Shown piece by piece: positions 13,530 through 26,766 of a stretch of DNA of 64,000 nucleotides. The DNA is taken from NCBI GenBank assembly GCA_951406725.2, contig OX597842.1, positions 14,074,001 to 14,138,000 of the forward strand, written 5' to 3'. Origin of the DNA: Octopus vulgaris (lineage: Eukaryota). The translations under genes were made by a program, and so were the position numbers. The notes beneath the pieces are model-generated. The model searched no databases. It worked only from the letters and a program-made list of their open reading frames with translations, and was not told the DNA's origin. Position 1 is the first letter of the stretch; every line of letters begins with the position of its first letter.

Positions 13530-13945
13530 AGCATACGGGTTTCGTAAATTTACTAATCATTAGTTTGAATGCAAACCGATTAATGAACAGTGTCAGGGCT
13601 ACTAGTTCATGAGTAAAAAGATTATGTGTAAGGGAGGTAAGTAGTTATGCATTTGATGCAAATAAGGTAGTGAAAGATCTGTAATGTGAATGGGGTATAT
13701 GATGTATGAGGGTAGTGATATTAATGGAAATGTTAGTAGTGTTCTGTATTATGTTATGTGTTCATATTGAGTTGTGGAAGATATTTGTTGATGAAAGTTT
13801 CCTCTTTATTCATTCTTTGTTGTACTGAGGTGTTCTGTGAACATTAATAGAAAGGGAAAATTAGGAAATTAGGATTAAGATTCCTAGTACACTTGTCTGT
13901 GTGTTCCCTAACCTGTGTCTGTATTGTGGGTGGCGGATTTGCTCC
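13530..13945 (-). mobile_element. Decayed Penelope-like element 3' fragment
   Basis: Minus-strand TFINKYLPQL resembles the C-terminus of the PLE at ~18300 (LFIQKYKPHLN). Confidence 0.4.
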
Positions 13946-14983
13946 TTATGGAGAGTGATTCTTCGACAGAGTGATATTCCTGTTTGGCCAATATATTTCT
14001 TAAACACACTAAGCATGTAATGGCATAGAATAGATTTTCCGAGGCACAGGTGAATTTTGATTTAATCTTAAATATTTCACAAGGTGAAATATATACGTAG
14101 ATATATATATATATACATGGTGCGCTGAACAAATTGTTGGCATGTGAGGCATAGCGCAGACCCTAATGCCCGACATAGGGACTTCCTGCACCCGCCATCT
14201 TTACCTACAGCAGCACTGCCTCCTCCAGACACTTAATGTTTGTCGCTGAGCCCGTGGGGGAAGATGAATGGAGACACAGTAACATGATTGACTTGACGGG
14301 ATCATTCTCAAACACTTCCTGGATCTCTCCAAGAAATTGAGGAGTTATTCTTCTCATCAAGACGATCGAGGTGCCGTACTTCCGTAATAACCATTAAACT
14401 CATCCAACTCTTTCCAAATCCTCAGAGGGATGCCGAAACACTTCAAAATGTTCTTATTAGAGCTTCCCGCTCGAATGCCAAGCCCGGGGGGGATTTCGTT
14501 TCGATATTTTGGCAAAGTGAACTCGGTCATAATGCTGTTTTAGTTTCAAACGGTGCGCAAATGAGCCTGCAATATTATGTAATCGACAAATTCAAACACA
14601 AATGATTCGCATGCGTGAAATCAAAACCATAAAATGGCGACAATTTTTGTTTATATAAAAAATCCCGCCTTTACTCCGCTATTTTTCTCGACCGGGTGAC
14701 CTACTAGCGCAAATCAGTCAGTCTGTTGGCTGAAAAATATATAAAGCTATAAGCTATATTCAGTTCGTTCAGATGGCCTCTCTTAGATATATCTCATCGA
14801 TAAGAGTCAATAAACTTGAAACAACGATCTCTGAGATTCCCGAGAGTAGGCGACACTAAACAAACTGGGTGTTTTCACACCTTTTACCATAAGCGAGATA
14901 TTATCCTCCACGGTATCTGCAGTTTATTGCCTTTAGCTTTTGATATATTTGACAAATATATTTCAACTAACCTAAACTGTGAA

Positions 14984-15028
<45 letters not shown>

Positions 15029-15281
15029 ATAATAATATTATTAGGAGTAAATCCAAACTTACAGGGAAAATTTAGATTCAGGATTAAATCTAATTTTACA
15101 GTATAAATATAAATTAAATTAGAGATAAAAACCACTGTTAGGCAAATCAAACAGTGATATAAACCAAAACATAGAAATAAAATTAATTAATACAATATAC
15201 AAAATATATAAAAAAATTCAAAATTTAAATTATTTAAATTTAAAGTCAAAAATATAAAATTATTATTTATATTTATAAATT

Positions 15282-15332
<51 letters not shown>

Positions 15333-15629
15333 TATTTTTACTTTTATTTATTTATTCATTTATTTATTTTTAATTAAATACATATAACTATCAAAAAGTG
15401 TTAAAAAGTTTAATATAAGATAAAAAATAAAACCACTACGAACGCTTCATGCCCATAACCTAATTCGAATAACAATAATTTAAATTCAATTAATAGTTCG
15501 AATTATGGTTATAGTCAATATTCAGGTCAATGATAATAGTTAAATGAATAGTCAAATATATTTAAACAATGTTTTTAAAGAAATAAAAAATAATGATTTT
15601 ACTTATAAAAAACTCTATTATCAAACTAG

Positions 15630-15752
15630 AAACTTTAACGATTATGATCATGTCATACTTACAGGGAAAAACTTTAAAACGATTATGATTATGTCATACT
15701 TACAGGGAAAAACTTTAAAACGATTATGATTATGTCAAACTTACAGGGAAAA
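15630..15752. repeat. 41-bp minisatellite, about 3 copies
   Basis: acttacagggaaaa at 15657, 15698 and 15739. Confidence 0.85.
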
Positions 15753-15899
15753 ATCAGATTTAGGATTGAATCAAATTTTATAGTAAAATATTATATTATA
15801 TTAAATTAGAGATAAAACCACTGTTAGGCAAATCATACAATGGAAAACTTAAACCAATACATAAGATTATTTAATTTATATTATTTAAATATCATGTTT

Positions 15900-16909
15900 T
15901 ACTAAAATGTACCATAAATGTTCAATAATATTAAGATCTGGGGACTGGGGTGGACAGATAAGAAGTTCAACTTCACTAGAATGTTCCTCGTGTCATTCAT
16001 AACATATTTAGCTGTGTGAAATGGTGCATTATCACCCTGAAATATTGCGTTTCCCTCCGGATACAGTTCCGCAACTATAGGATGAATTTGATCAGATAGA
16101 ATGCTTAAATAGTCTTGACTATTAATTCTGCCATTAGGGGAACCCATTGGGCCGACGGATTTCTAGGAAATAAGCCCACCAGCACCTCGAGATCATCACA
16201 GATCTTCCACCATGTTTAACAAATGGAAAAGGTAATCTGGGTCAAATGCTTCTTTTGGCTGTCTCCACACGTATACTCGGCCGGTGGTCGGAAATAAGGT
16301 AAAGGATAACTCTCCGAGAAACTAACATTCTCCCACTGTTCTAGGGACAAATTCTGTAGGTGTTTACTCCACTCTAAACGCAGGCAACTTTTGTTTTGGG
16401 AAGTAGTGGTTTTCTGATTGTAGCCCCCACCGTGAAATCCGACTTAGCGCAGCTCCTGGCGAAGATGTTTTGTGGAAACTGGCTTTTCGAGGTGGTCAAT
16501 AAGCACTGCAGTAATTTTGGGAGATGTACTTTTGCGAGCCTTTCTAAAAGTCTTAGTTTTCTTCAGGAGTTTTGTTTTAGCGAGGAGGTCTTCCCCCTTT
16601 CTCAAACGCTGTCATTACCTTTGAGGCAGTATTTCTTGCTACACCAAATATTTCGGTTGTTTTCGTTACGCTAGCGCCTGCGATACGAGCACCAACAATT
16701 TGACCTCTTTGATAGTCCGATAGATCTGCCATTTTAATGAATTTTAATTACATTTTTTGATAATATTTGGAGAGAAAGAGCAATTTTAGCAAAACCTTTT
16801 AAGCAACATTAATAATAATTCAAAAAACAAATCTTTTAATGGTTTAATAGATATTTCAAAATTACGATACTATGATGCTAGGTGTTTTCATTATTTTGTC
16901 CAATCCCTG
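15900..16909 (-). mobile_element. Tc1-like transposon of the same family; one TIR, truncated
   Basis: TIR ggtgttttcattattttgtccaatccctg|TA; DDE-region motif FQGDNAPFHTAK. Confidence 0.82.
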
Positions 16910-16974
16910 TATGTGTATTTATATGTGTGTATATATATATATATATATTGTTATATTTCGGAATGGTCATAAAC

Positions 16975-17080
<106 letters not shown>

Positions 17081-17313
17081 GAGAGAGAGAGAGAGTAGAA
17101 ATATATATATATATATAGTAGAAATATAAAAATATACACGGTGTAAAGATACTGAAGATTCAGTATACACCACGTGGCAAAATTATGAGTTGAAATTATA
17201 TAGAAAAAATATAAAGAGTGGAAGAGAAATGTCTTCTTTTCATATAGTTTAATACCTTTTTTATAAATATATACATATTATATGGATGTCGTGAAATCCA
17301 ACCGGTTTTCGCT

Positions 17314-18522
17314 ATTTAAATTAGCTTTTTAAGGGACATTGTACAGTAATCACTTCTGGTGACAGAGGGGTTTCGTCATTTTGGATAGTTGAAGAATAAG
17401 TAGGAATGAGTCTAGAGAATGAAAGACGGATGTAACAAGTGGGAAAGGGGACAACTGGATCCTTAGTATAATTTGTAAAAATGGTCAAATTTGTAGATAT
17501 ATGTTTAGGATGGCATGAACTGAAACACACCAAAATAAATATCCCATTCGATCTAGCAAAAAGGAGCTCAACAATTGTATCTGACACAACCACTCGGGAA
17601 CTTCGCCTATAAGAACTCAAAATAACACTCAGTGAACGTCAATACTCATCTACACTTATAGAACATAGAATTAAACGTACCAAGAAATTGGACACAAACA
17701 CCCTAAGAACAACACAACAAAACACCACACATCACCTTAAATCACTCCCATACCTATCAACCCACAATCCCAGAATAAAATGAAGTATACAACACAATTA
17801 TACAAAATATCCGTCTGCTCACTCAAGACCCGAAAATGAACAGCATCCTAAATACACACAAACTACTAAAATGCAAAAGACAAGACAAATCACTCAAGAT
17901 ACTCCTAACAAATGCAAAACTATATTCAATACATACGAAACCAACAGATAAAAATGCAGAAGACCTAATTGTGGTACATGCCCATACTTAACTGAAGGCT
18001 CGGAATTCACATTCCAGCAAGGGAAATATTCTCAATTAAGACCACTTCACATGTGCTTCACAGAACCTTATCTATGTCCTAACCTGCTCAGGCTGTGGTC
18101 ACAATTATGTGGGCCAAACGAGCCCTACTTTGAGACGTAGAGTCACACTCATAAAGAACAGATTCGGTTCCCTCCATACAGACAGATAGCACTGGGCGAC
18201 CATATCGACAGATGCGTAAGTAATAAAACGCCAAATTTTCGTATCTTACAATTATACCAATGCAAAGATTCAATCTCCTTACAAGAACGCCTAAACAAGG
18301 AAAACCTGTTCATACAAAAGTACAAACCACACCTCAATATACAAATTTGACCATTTTTACAAATTATACTAAGGATCCAGTTGTCCCCTCTCCCACTTGT
18401 TACATCCCTTCTTTCACTCTCTAGACTCATTCCTACTTATTCTTCAACTATCCAAAATGACGAAACCCCTCTGTCACGAGAACTGATTACTACACAATGT
18501 CCCTTACGAAGCTATTTTAAAT
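17314..18522 (+). mobile_element. Penelope-like retroelement (RT C-terminus plus GIY-YIG) with inverted ~180-bp pseudo-LTRs
   Basis: 17314-17495 is the reverse complement of 18340-18522. Internal frames include KHTKINIPFDLA, CRRPNCGTCPY and NLIYVLTCSGCGHNYVGQT. Confidence 0.85.
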
Positions 18523-18688
18523 GGAGAAGGGATCGGGCCGTCGCCGAGCGGTGGTTCATTATCTGTTGCGAAGCACGCGGTGTATGTCAAGCGCCTTTGC
18601 GGGCGCTGACGCAGCCGATGCGCGACCCTTAGTCGAGAACTGTGTCGGTCGAGGAGTTTGACTGGGGCGGTACGTCTGTCAAACGGTA
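18523..18688 (+). rRNA. Isolated 28S rRNA fragment (rDNA pseudogene)
   Basis: GGAGTTTGACTGGGGCGGTACGTCTGTCAAACGGTA at 18653-18688 matches a conserved eukaryotic LSU domain V motif; preceded by GC-rich expansion-segment-like sequence. Confidence 0.75.
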
Positions 18689-18689
18689 C

Positions 18690-19338
18690 TACTCTGGCGA
18701 AGCCGAAGATTGGATTGATTGGAGTCAGTAATCGCTATGGTAGACACGTGGGTACTGTACTACTTCGTGAGGCGCAGACAACAACCAAAACCTTCGCCAA
18801 AAGGGCCGCATCTTCAAAAGAAGGTTCTGTTTGGTGGGATTGCAGTGGAATGATCATGTTGGATCTTCTTCCACGCAAAACCACCGTTTGGAAGGATGTC
18901 TACTAAGAACAAATCGACCGTCTAAATATCGCGCTGGCCGAAAAACACTCAAATTTGAAGAAGAAAATTTACCACCAAGACAACGCGCCAGCACATCGTG
19001 CAAAGAAGACGTCGGAGAAGGTGAAGGAGGCGGTCTGGGAGATTTTGGTACACGAACCTTAACCCTTCTGACTACCACTTATTGTCTGCCTTGCAACGCA
19101 CGATTGGAGATACGGTGTTAGAAAACGAAAAGGATATGAAATCGTTCCTTTACGAATTTATTGATTCAAAGCCACGCGGTATCTGGATGAAAGGATGAAA
19201 ACCTTTACCTGAAAGATGGCAAAAGTTGATGGATAACGAGAGTGATTACCTTTTGGATTGACTGTACTTTGTGGTTTTTTTAATTGTTTTTAAAGTGATA
19301 TTTTAAAAGTGTCCAAGAACTTATTTACCAAACTGATA
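18690..19338 (+). mobile_element. mariner (DD34D-type) transposase 3' fragment with right end
   Basis: VWWDCSGMI, HQDNAPAHRAKKT, PSDYHLL, LPERWQK motifs in shifting frames. Confidence 0.8.
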
Positions 19339-19449
19339 TAGATATATATACAGAATTATATATGTATATATCGTCACATGCGTGAACGAAGTATTTTCCT
19401 TAAAGTATCACACTCATATATCCTTACATTTAGCAATGGGCCCACATTC

Positions 19450-19480
<31 letters not shown>

Positions 19481-19624
19481 GAGAGTAAGAAGGAGAGACA
19501 GAGGGTATGACGTGGCAGCATAGGAAAGAATGGGTGACGGTGCCTCAAACGAAATAGGGGAATCATTACATACTTGGAAATATATCTTCAATGAAATACT
19601 ATAAATATAAATGAATCAACTTAC

Positions 19625-19693
19625 AGAGTTGTTAAGCGGGAAAGAGTTTGGAAGATTTGTGCTTCGATCTTCATGCCATTACCACCCAAATAC
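19625..19693 (-). CDS. LRR exon, class A (69 bp): YLGGNGMKIEAQIFQTLSRLTT(L)
   Basis: ttttacag|...|gtaagt; tail of ORF 19621..19980. Confidence 0.82.
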
Positions 19694-21854
19694 CTGTAAA
19701 ATAAAATGATATTAAGGACTTGTATGGATCCGATTTGTAACAGGATATTAAATATCATGTCTAAATAATTAGATGATGGAAGAGATGCAGAGTAGATTAC
19801 GATTTGGATAACAATGATAGGGTTAATGGTGGTGGTGCAGTTGATGGTGATGTTGTTGGTGGTGGCAGTGGTAGTTGTTTTAATGATGTATATGATCATG
19901 AAGTGGAGAACGTGAAAATATGATGGCAGTGTTGATGGCGATGATATTATGACCCTAATGATGGGGTGGGGTGTTAACACTGATTATCCAGCTAATCACG
20001 GGGATTAGCATGTTTATGATGATCAACAATATTATAGTGAGAATGATGATGCTGTTGGTGATGTTTGTGTTGGCGATGATGTTGATGTTGTTGATGATGT
20101 TGAAGATTGTGCATCTGATCATGGCGTTTTACGGTTATGAATGATTCGGATGATGAAGTGGACAATCTTGAAGTTGACGATGTGGATGATAGATAAATAT
20201 GAATATGATGAAGGAAATGATAACAGCGATGATGACAAAAGAGAAGACGTCAATAATGTTGAATGCGGCGGTAATTGTGATGGAACTACTACAAGTATTA
20301 GATGAAAAGATTAATAGCGAAATATAGAGACAGAAGAAATTATGAAGAAATCATAAAAGAGAGAAAAGGATAAACACTGGAAATATGGAAATATGAAGAA
20401 GGTGAATGAGGAATATGATAAGACACAAAAAGAAGAAAACGAAGAAGAAAATGAAGAAGGAAAAGAACAAAATCAAGAAGATATCCTCATATACACATCC
20501 ATGGATACAAGAAACAGACTTTTATTCACACACACACACACACACACACAAACACATAAGCTTATAGAGATGCAATAGAACCCTCTCACAGACCCACGCA
20601 CATTCACATTCACGCAGAATCGATATCACAAAGCACACAATCCTTCACAAATTTCTGATCGATATTCCTATTCCCTCTCGCTGTAGGTATCCATTAAACG
20701 GAGGGACACTTCCACCACCACTACTGTTGTTGCTCCTCCTCATCGCAGTCGTAGCGAACAATGTGCAAGTTGTGGTGGAGAATGAGGGGAGGAGTAATGA
20801 ACGATGAACAAGAGATAAACACCGTACATGACTTACCGACCCGACCGATTAAGACTCAAATGATGGAACACTCGCACACACTCATCCATGCACAAAAGAG
20901 ACAGACACGGAACTGCCATCACACAGAAAACACACACACACACTTACAAATACATATGAACACACACACATTTATATATACATATAAAACAAAAAAAAAG
21001 CTACAAGGATATCCAGAGGTATATGATGAGTTAGTACTTAAGTGTACAATATGTATAAATATTAAACTATTTCTAGATCATTTCTTTTCCTCCCTCTGTT
21101 CTTGTAAATAGTTTGGCATATACTCAAAAGTATTCAAAAATTTCTATATTTTTTTAATGATATTCTTAATAATCCTCTGAATAACCCTAAACTTTAACTG
21201 TGTACAATATAGCAACACTCTTTAACTTTAGTACTACATGATAAGACTTCCCCTGTTTCATTATCAATGGTCTGCTAGTGGGCGACACCCTTGTCAGCTA
21301 ACATCTTGTTTTAAGCATTCCTTTACCAACCCTCATGATATTACTTCCAATAAATCTTCATTTTTATAACTATACCATCTATGATTACTGTCTGCTCCAT
21401 CAGCCCCACCCCTAAAAGATACTGCCCCTTTGTTCTCTCAGCCTTAGATATACAAGGATTTGATAAACTCGTCTATAAATTAAAAACAAAAGATCATCCA
21501 CAGGCAGTCTGTAACGACGTATATCTTCTTGATACCTTAGTGGCTTCTTATGCTGGAGTGAAGGCTGCATGTTCTTTGTCTATCACCTTAACTTCTCGGA
21601 GATTTTAGTTATAATTATACTAATCCGTCCATCTGTTTTAATTCAATTAAATTCTATGTCATTGTGCAACTGATAATTGCTCCGCATTTAATTTGATGTA
21701 ATGATAGCATTGTTCGACTAAATGGAGTTATGTGAAAAAATCCTACTGCAATAAGTCTGGATATTCTTGTTGCTTATTTTGATTTTAATCACCTTACGTT
21801 TAAATTTTATGGATAATACCGGTTGCTGTATTGTATACAGAATCCAAATATTTG

Positions 21855-21892
<38 letters not shown>

Positions 21893-21930
21893 ACGCACAC
21901 ACATTGACACACACACACACACACACACAA

Positions 21931-21981
<51 letters not shown>

Positions 21982-22181
21982 CATATGTATTTACATATAT
22001 ACATATGAATGCAAATCATATTTGCACCCAAATGTCACACTCTCAATAGCACACTTTCGACAGGAATTCATAGCAGAGGTAAAGGCAGGTGAGGGAGATT
22101 AAAATGAAATATGGGAAGACATTAAATATAAAAAAGATATATCGTCAATGAAATATTATAAACAACACTGATTCAACTTAC

Positions 22182-22253
22182 AGAGATGTTAAACTGGAAA
22201 GATTTCGGAATATTTCTCCTTTCATTTCTTTGATATCATTAAAACTCAAATTC
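22182..22253 (-). CDS. LRR exon, class B (72 bp): NLSFNDIKEMKGEIFRNLSSLTS(L)
   Basis: ttgacag|...|gtaagt; stop-free LRR. Confidence 0.87.
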
Positions 22254-23296
22254 CTGTCAAATAAAATTGAGTTAATTAGAATTTGTAAGAAACTGATTTT
22301 TGATGAAGTAAAAGAAGGAAAAGAATTCAGGAAAAGCGTGAAGTTAGAGGCGTCTGTCTAAAACAATTTGAAAATTTGAAAGAAGATGGAAAAGGAAGAG
22401 GAGGCGAATAAAAGGAAGACTGAAAATATGTAGAAGGGTATGTAGGGACGGGGTAGAAGGAAAGCAAAGAAAAGAAGAAAGGGGAAAATGAACAGACAGA
22501 AGAAGAAGAAGCAAAACGCTGAAAGGTCGGCGGGAATCGAGTGTCCGAAAAGTATAAACCGATGAAGTGGGATGAAATCTGGAGGAACTAAAAATAAGAA
22601 GAATGAGTAGAAAATAAGGTAAAAGATGACGGCAGTGAGGTAGAAATAAAATACCTGAATGAATTTAAAGAAGTGAAAGAAAACTTAAAGAATGAAAACA
22701 GGAAAATAAATGAAGGAAAGTAAATAGGAGCTGAAGAAATGGTAGAAGAAAATGCAAAAGAGGCACCAGGAAAAGAAAACAAGGTGGAGATAAAGAAAAC
22801 AAGAAAGAGATTAAGAAGGAGCTGTCGAAAATGAAGAAGCCGAAGCAGAAAGAGTAAAAGAAAAATAAGATGAAAGAGAGAAATAAGGAGAAGGAGGTGG
22901 AGAAAGAGGAGAAAATGAAACAGAAAACGATGTTGAAGAAGAGGGAAAGTATACAAAGAAAAAAGTAGAAAATTGATTGAACAAAAATGCGACGAAGAAG
23001 AAGAAGAAGAAGAAGAAGAAGAAGAAGAAGAAGGAGAAGAAGAAGAAGATGAAGAAGAAGAAGAAGGAGGAGGAGGAGGAGAAGAAGAAGAAGAAAAAAA
23101 TTATTTAATGATGCCGACGATGAAGTATAATGCGTTTTATTTAGTTAGTCGATAAGAATTTTAGGAAGAGAAAGAATAATTAGAAAACAAACAGAAAGAA
23201 GAAAAGGAGGAAAATAGAGAAAGAAGTATATGGAGATTATTTACAACGAAGATAACGGGGAGAGAGGGAAGAATCTGAAAAGGGTAAAAAACATAA

Positions 23297-23298
<2 letters not shown>

Positions 23299-23380
<82 letters not shown>

Positions 23381-23487
23381 TAGTAGTAGTAGTAGAGGTA
23401 GTAGAGGTAGTAGTAGTAGCAGTAATAGTAGTAGTAGATGTAGTAGTAGTAGTAGTAGTTGTAGTAGTAGTAGTAGTTGTAGTAGAG

Positions 23488-23522
<35 letters not shown>

Positions 23523-23595
23523 TGTAGTAGTAGTAGTAGTAGTAGTTGTTGTTGTTGTAGTAGTAGTAGTAGTAGTAGTTGTAGTAGTAGTAGTT

Positions 23596-23627
<32 letters not shown>

Positions 23628-23700
23628 TGTAGTAGTAGTAGTAGTAGTTGTTGTTGTTGTAGTAGTAGTAGTAGTAGTAGTAGTTGTAGTAGTAGTAGTT

Positions 23701-23742
<42 letters not shown>
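23299..23742. repeat. (GTA/GTT)n microsatellite, ~440 bp (only ~115 bp in the duplicate at 42681-42796)
   Basis: Direct inspection. Confidence 0.95.
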
Positions 23743-24360
23743 AGGAAAATGAGTTTGAGTTGTCGTGAGAGTTACGAGGCACTCTTGCGAGAGATACACT
23801 GGTCCGTGTAAAGTATAGATAGTAAAACCCCGAGTGAGTTGAACGTTCAGAGTTCGGAGTCGAGGGAAGCTCGTATTAGTTCACAGTGAAGTCGTAAGTT
23901 GTCGGTTGGTTACTTCACAACGAATATTGATTGTTGGGTCGCAGAATGGCCTCCGCATATAGCTGTGGAGGTCATAACGTTGTGCTTGTTACATAGGCTG
24001 GAGGGACTAAAAGAGGAATATCTATCGTGGCCAGGTGACGCCAACTCGGAGGCCGCCTTGACTTTAAAGTAAGCATGGGCGATTGCGGAGTACACGGACA
24101 CAAGCGATGATGTGGTGGAAAATTGAGAAGAGCTTGAACAGCCTCAATGTTATAATGTAGAAGAGGCTCAGTGCCTCATTTGTAAATGGACAAGTGTTGA
24201 TTGCATATTGAATATTTTATTGTAAGTTATTGTATGTTATTATTTGTAATGGTCTATTAAGTCCAATGATTGTAAAACCTGTAGTGAGAGGTTCAATACC
24301 TCGTTTTGTTTTGTTTTCTGTTGAGAAAAAAGAATATTTTAGAGAATCAAAAATCGGTGG

Positions 24361-24484
24361 GCGTGACACCTTGGGTAGATGTCTTCTATTATATCCACAA
24401 CCCGACCAAAGCCTTTTGAATGGATTTAATAGACGAAAAATATAAGAAGCCCGTGGTTTATACATACATATATACAAACAACAT

Positions 24485-24534
<50 letters not shown>

Positions 24535-24715
24535 ACATATATATATATATATTTGTAAGTATGTATGTGTATGTATATGTTTGCGTGTCTGTGTTTGTCT
24601 CCCTAACATCGTTTGACAACGGATCCCCGCCACCTAGTGGTTCGGCAAGAGGGTACGATGGAATAAGTTCTGGGCTTACAAAAAATACGTCCTGGGGCTT
24701 ATTTGCTCGCGCTGA
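24361..24715 (+). mobile_element. 5'-truncated cephalopod-type SINE body with internal (TA)n; the duplicate at ~44053-45230 is split by an insertion
   Basis: ccttgggtagatgtcttctatt…ccgaccaaagcc…aagaagcccgt…gtgtctgtgtttgtc…ggttcggcaa, recognised from memory as a common octopus SINE. Confidence 0.6.
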
Positions 24716-24810
24716 AAACGAGGGAGCAAGCTAACGGAAATTAATAAATTGATAGCCTTAGTTAGGTAATAAAAAATAAAAGAATAAAAAAGAAATAAAT
24801 GAATAGAAGA

Positions 24811-24892
<82 letters not shown>

Positions 24893-24971
24893 TTATATGC
24901 GACCACAGATTAATTTTTAAAAATATTTATCCTTTATTACTATATATACACTTATATACATATATATGTGT

Positions 24972-25019
<48 letters not shown>

Positions 25020-25583
25020 GCATATATATATATATGTACATGTATACATATATATAAATTACATTATATAAATTATTAAAATGTTTGTAAAAAATTATCT
25101 GTGGCCATCAGATCCCGTCGGATTGACTCCCAAATTTACAGGGCCATGTAAAATGAGGTCAGGATGCGAGTGGGCTACGTTTGAAATCTCTATCTTAAAA
25201 GGTGTCGTTACTAGGGCAAAAAAAACCCCGCACACTTTGACAAATCTCTCATTCTCTTATTTGCACGTCTTCCTCCGTCTCTCTCTATTTCCTCCTTTCC
25301 CATCACTTTCTCTCTATAACGACGTTTGACTATACTACTACCGTGCCCCCGCTGCCTTCGCCAGCGTTGTCTCTCCTTCCTCCGCCGCCTCCCCCTCTCT
25401 CTCTCTCTCTGTATGTCTGTGTACATTCATAGAGAGTTTAATTATCGCCACCACCACTACACATTCATGACTACGAATATTATGAACCAGATATTTATTG
25501 GGTTAATTTATATATGTGAGTGTGTTCTATATATAAATATGTATATGTAATACATATATACAAAGTGTATATAACTGTATTTA

Positions 25584-25628
<45 letters not shown>

Positions 25629-25688
25629 GTATACATTTGCATATATAATGGGTACACATACACACACATACATATATATATATACTGC

Positions 25689-25721
<33 letters not shown>

Positions 25722-26569
25722 GTGTGCATTATGTGGTCGGTTGAGCTGAAAATATGCACACCTATGTTAAAAGTGCTGGCGAGTTTGCATGGCAACTATT
25801 TTTTTCCTCAAATGGAAAGCATGACGTCTAGGACAAAATTCCTCATCTTATAAAATGTGGCCTGAGTAGACCTGAATGAAATCGGGTTATATTAACCAAA
25901 ATGTGAAAAGGGTTCTAAATGAGGCTGGAAGGGGATTAAAATTTACAGGAGCGGGTGTTTAGGAATTCTCTGTTACATCAAGCTAAAAAATCTGCGCCAC
26001 TCTTTAAATCTTCAATGTGTTGCCGTCCATGTTAAAGAAGTTTTGAATGCTTGCATTGGTGAGTTTACTGTCGTGAGAAAGAAGCACTTCAAAACTTGGT
26101 GTTTAGGAATTTTCTATTACATCAAGTTCAAAATTTTACGCAGCCGTTAAACTGGCACTACGTTGTTGTCTGTCGTTAAGAAATGCCAGCCATGGTGACT
26201 CTACTATCCGCAGATTCTATCCCTTCAAACTTTGGTTTCCACTATTTTAAAATTTTTATTCAGCTAGCAAGTTCGTCTGTCCCTTTTAAATGTTAGTGTT
26301 TTGCTGTCTGCCTTCAAGCAGACCTTTCCGTTGTCACTGCCTGATATTTATGATTGATCTTTTAAAATATTTTTCTTCCTCAACTTATTCAAGATTTTTG
26401 TTGTTTATAAATGGGCGGGAGATAGAGAGTAAGAGAAAGCGAGGGAGAGTCCGAGAGAAACGAAGAGTAAGAGATTTTGAAAGTGAGAGAGAAATGAGAG
26501 AGAAACAAAGAGGGAGAATGTGGTGATAAAAAACAGAAAGGAAGCAATAGAATGTCACAACCACACTCT

Positions 26570-26602
26570 TACCCGCACGTAGAGCGGGTCACCTTAAGCT
26601 AG
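26570..26602 (+). mobile_element. Helitron-like 3' terminus (hairpin followed by CTAG|T); 5' end uncertain; duplicate at ~47028-47061
   Basis: acccgc-acgtaga-gcgggt, 9 nt, then CTAG-T. Confidence 0.5.
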
Positions 26603-26633
26603 TATGCATATAATTCTAATTCAAATTATATAT

Positions 26634-26701
26634 AGATTGGTCCAGGCCATGTCTAACTTAATAGGTGGTGCTATTAAGTTAGACATGGCCTGGACCAATC
26701 T
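26634..26701. repeat. Perfect hairpin: 31-bp arms, 6-nt loop (duplicate at 47093-47160 has one mismatch)
   Basis: agattggtccaggccatgtctaacttaatag-gtggtg-ctattaagttagacatggcctggaccaatct. Confidence 0.95.
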
Positions 26702-26729
26702 TTGGTCGAACGATATCTAAGTTTATGTA

Positions 26730-26759
<30 letters not shown>

Positions 26760-26766
<7 letters not shown>

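Noticed and set aside
15063-15134. 72-bp segment bounded by CAG and GTAAGT on the minus strand, mimicking an LRR exon
   Set aside because: The phase-2 frame reads GFYL then stop with no LRR pattern, and its local duplicate (15745-15820) is 76 bp. Probably coincidence inside an AT-rich repeat, although a poison exon is not strictly excluded.
15630-15752. CRISPR-like repeat array
   Set aside because: Head-to-tail 41-bp minisatellite without unique spacers, in eukaryotic DNA.
23161-23811. Poly-Y, poly-V and poly-L ORFs
   Set aside because: (GTA)n microsatellite; length is not conserved in the duplicate.
23761-24368. Possible solo LTR (TGTCG…CGTGACA)
   Set aside because: No TSD, and the right end is equally explained as the start of the adjacent SINE body.
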